A stretch of 16,920 bases of DNA from Kiritimatiellia bacterium (GTDB lineage: Bacteria > Verrucomicrobiota > Kiritimatiellia > RFP12 > UBA1067): assembly GCA_050949565.1 (NCBI GenBank), contig JBMNFY010000005.1, positions 1 to 16,920 on the forward strand. Reading direction: 5' to 3'. How positions within the stretch are numbered: position 1 is the first letter of the stretch; the number at the start of each line of letters is the position of its first letter. This document shows positions 14,856-16,920 of the stretch, one piece after another. The notes beneath the pieces were generated by a model, which saw only the letters and a program-made list of their open reading frames with translations, searched no databases and was not told where the DNA came from. Made by a program: the position numbers and the translations under genes.

Positions 14856-16636
14856 AAGCTGGCAGCAAGCTCTTCAATTTCGGCCCAGCGTTCGAAGGCG
14901 GCCTCCAGTTCTACCTCGGCCTGGGGCAGACGCGCTTGCGCGGCGGCGATGGCGTCGGGGTCGTTCTGGTAGAGGGCGACATCACCCAGCGTCTCGTGCA
15001 GGGCCGCCACTTCGGCCTCCAGCGCTTCAATCTGCGCGGGCAGTTCCTCGCGCTCCCGTTTCTCCTTGAAGCTGAGTCGCGTCTGTACGCGCGCGGGCCG
15101 CGTCTTGGTTTCAACCGGTTTTTTGGCGGTATCATCGGGTTCGGGCGCGGGGCGTTGCAATAGCCAGTCGGCATATCCGCCGGGGTAGAGTGCCACGCGT
15201 CCATCGCCCTCCAGCACAAACGTGCTGGTGACCACGTTGTCGAGGAAGGTGCGGTCGTGGCTGACCAGCAGCAGCGTGCCGGCATAATTCAGTAACTGCT
15301 CCTCCAGCAACTCTAGGGTCTCGATGTCCAGATCGTTGGTCGGCTCGTCCATCACGAGCAGGTTGCCGGGCTGCAGAAACAGCTTGGCCAGCAACAGCCG
15401 CGCGCGCTCGCCGCCCGAAAGCGCCTTGACCGGTGTGCGCGCACGGTCCGGCGTGAAAAGGAAATCGCCAAGGTAGCCGAACACATGCTTACGCACGCCG
15501 CCCACGGAGACTTCGTCCCTGTCGCCGGCAAGGTTCTGGACTACGGTGGCTTCCAGATTGAGCCGGGCGCGAAGCTGGTCAAAAAAGGCGATCTGTACGC
15601 GCGCGCCCAGCGTCACGCTGCCGACGTCGGGTGTCAGGCATCCGCACATCAGATCGAGCAGCGTGGTCTTGCCGGAGCCGTTGGGGCCGATGATACCGAT
15701 GCGCTCGCCGCGCAGAACCTTGGCGCTGAAATCGTGGATCAGCGTTTCGCCGCCAGGGTAGGCGAAAGAGAGTCCTTCGATCTTCAGTACCTGCTCGCCG
15801 GAGGCTTCGGCCGCATCGAGTTGCATGCGGCTTACGCCGGTCTGGGTGCGCCGCTGCTTGAATGTTTCACGCAGTTGGAGCAGTGCCGCCACGCGGCCTT
15901 CGTTGCGTGTGGTACGTGCCTTGACGCCGCGCCTGATCCAGGCCTCTTCCTGGGCGAGCCGCTTGCTCTTGCGCTCCCAGTAGACGGCCTCATCGTTGAG
16001 CAGGTCCTGCTTACGCTGCAGGAAGGTCTCATAGTCGCAATCCCAGCCGACAAGCTGGCCGCGGTCGAGATCAAGCACCTTCACCGCTACCCGCTTGAGG
16101 AAGGCGCGGTCGTGCGTGACGAAGAGACAGGCGCAACGGCTCTTGCGCAGAAAGCCCTCCAGCCACTCGATGGTTGCGATGTCCAGATGGTTGGTGGGCT
16201 CGTCGAGCAACAACAGGTCGGGGTCGGCGACCAAAGCACGCGCCAACAGCACACGACGGCGCATGCCGCCTGAGAGCGTATTGAACAGGGCTTCCCCGTC
16301 CAGCCCGAGTTGGGTCAGAAACAGCGCAGGGCCAGGGTGGTGGGTATCGCGGGCCTCATGGCTCAAGCCTCGCGCGACGATGTCGGTGACGGTGCCGTCG
16401 GTATCGCGCGGCACGTCCTGCGTCAGAAAGGCGGTACGCAGGCCCGGCTGACGGATGATCTCGCCCGTGTCGGGCTGGATGGTGCCGGCAATGATTTTGA
16501 GCAGGGTGGACTTGCCCTCGCCGTTACGTCCTGTGACGCAGGCGCGGTCGCCGGGTTCGACACTGAAGCTGACTTCATCCAATACGGCGGGGCCGCCGTA
16601 ACTGACACTGACATTGCGAAGAGATAAAAGCGCCAT
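14846..16636 (-). CDS. uup: ABC-F family ATPase (Uup-like), about 596 aa
   Basis: Two ABC cassettes (GRNGEGKST/LSGG/LLLDEPTNHLD and GPNGSGKTT/LSGGE/VMDEPTNDLD), the linker WIRRGVKARTTRNEGRV, and the Uup C-terminal domain RLSFKEKRERE...ERWAEIE. Start set at MALLSL (16636). Confidence 0.9.
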   Translation of the reverse strand: MALLSLRNVSVSYGGPAVLDEVSFSVEPGDRACVTGRNGEGKSTLLKIIAGTIQPDTGEIIRQPGLRTAFLTQDVPRDTDGTVTDIVARGLSHEARDTHHPGPALFLTQLGLDGEALFNTLSGGMRRRVLLARALVADPDLLLLDEPTNHLDIATIEWLEGFLRKSRCACLFVTHDRAFLKRVAVKVLDLDRGQLVGWDCDYETFLQRKQDLLNDEAVYWERKSKRLAQEEAWIRRGVKARTTRNEGRVAALLQLRETFKQRRTQTGVSRMQLDAAEASGEQVLKIEGLSFAYPGGETLIHDFSAKVLRGERIGIIGPNGSGKTTLLDLMCGCLTPDVGSVTLGARVQIAFFDQLRARLNLEATVVQNLAGDRDEVSVGGVRKHVFGYLGDFLFTPDRARTPVKALSGGERARLLLAKLFLQPGNLLVMDEPTNDLDIETLELLEEQLLNYAGTLLLVSHDRTFLDNVVTSTFVLEGDGRVALYPGGYADWLLQRPAPEPDDTAKKPVETKTRPARVQTRLSFKEKREREELPAQIEALEAEVAALHETLGDVALYQNDPDAIAAAQARLPQAEVELEAAFERWAEIEELAASFEP

Positions 16637-16642
16637 AGGAGA

Positions 16643-16677
16643 GCGAATAACAAATGGTGAATAACGGATAGTTAGTT
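16643..16677. repeat. degenerate heptamer tandem repeat just upstream of the uup start
   Basis: GCGAATA ACAAATG GTGAATA ACGGATA GTTAGTT. Confidence 0.55.
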
Positions 16678-16709
16678 GGGGGTGATGATACGGTTTCCGG
16701 CCCATGTCG

Positions 16710-16919
16710 TCAACGCGACACGCGGCGGTAATCGTAATCAGTTAGTGGCAGGGGGGCACGCGAGTCGAGCGCGTGGTTTGTGTCCATTTCGGCACTCACA
16801 AGTCGGACGGAAATCATGTCGTTCATGCGCCCGCGTAGCGGGAAATCATGTCCAAAAACCGCACCCCCTTTCATCAGAAACGCACGATCTTCGTACTCCT
16901 CTGTCACTAACCGATTACT
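16710..16919 (-). CDS. probable 3' end of an unidentified gene running off the window edge
   Basis: This is the only minus-strand frame open to the window edge. It is co-oriented with uup and has no recognisable motif. Confidence 0.35.
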   Translation of the reverse strand, partial: SNRLVTEEYEDRAFLMKGGAVFGHDFPLRGRMNDMISVRLVSAEMDTNHALDSRAPLPLTDYDYRRVSR

Positions 16920-16920
16920 C

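Noticed and set aside
16637-16705. 23-aa N-terminal extension of Uup
   Set aside because: It translates the heptamer tract; Uup-like proteins typically begin MALLSL-like.

Overview
GC-rich bacterial chromosomal window. The backbone genes are leuB, a radical SAM/SPASM-type protein, an EamA/DMT transporter with an RbsD/FucU mutarotase, RNase R (rnr) and an ABC-F ATPase (uup-like). A frameshifted IS4-family element sits at the left edge. Between the convergent rnr and uup stops lies a ~7 kb accessory region. It holds a head-to-tail IS3-family dimer inside one GCA target duplication, an IS110 recombinase with a strongly structured upstream non-coding end (bridge-RNA candidate), ~3.5 copies of a 300-bp non-coding unit, and an AAA_14/DUF4143-type ATPase-nuclease gene. 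The most unusual signal is the 300-bp unit, which is built from six modules with a shared frame (CGGG, T-rich, CCAC, 8-9-nt tandem repeats, T-run, G-run). One module recurs at 30/31 nt right after the ATPase gene and contains the uup stop codon, so the region reads like empty and filled cassettes. Related 7-, 8- and 9-nt periodic repeats abut several other gene ends in the window. All functional interpretations of these repeats are inference; no database searches were run.
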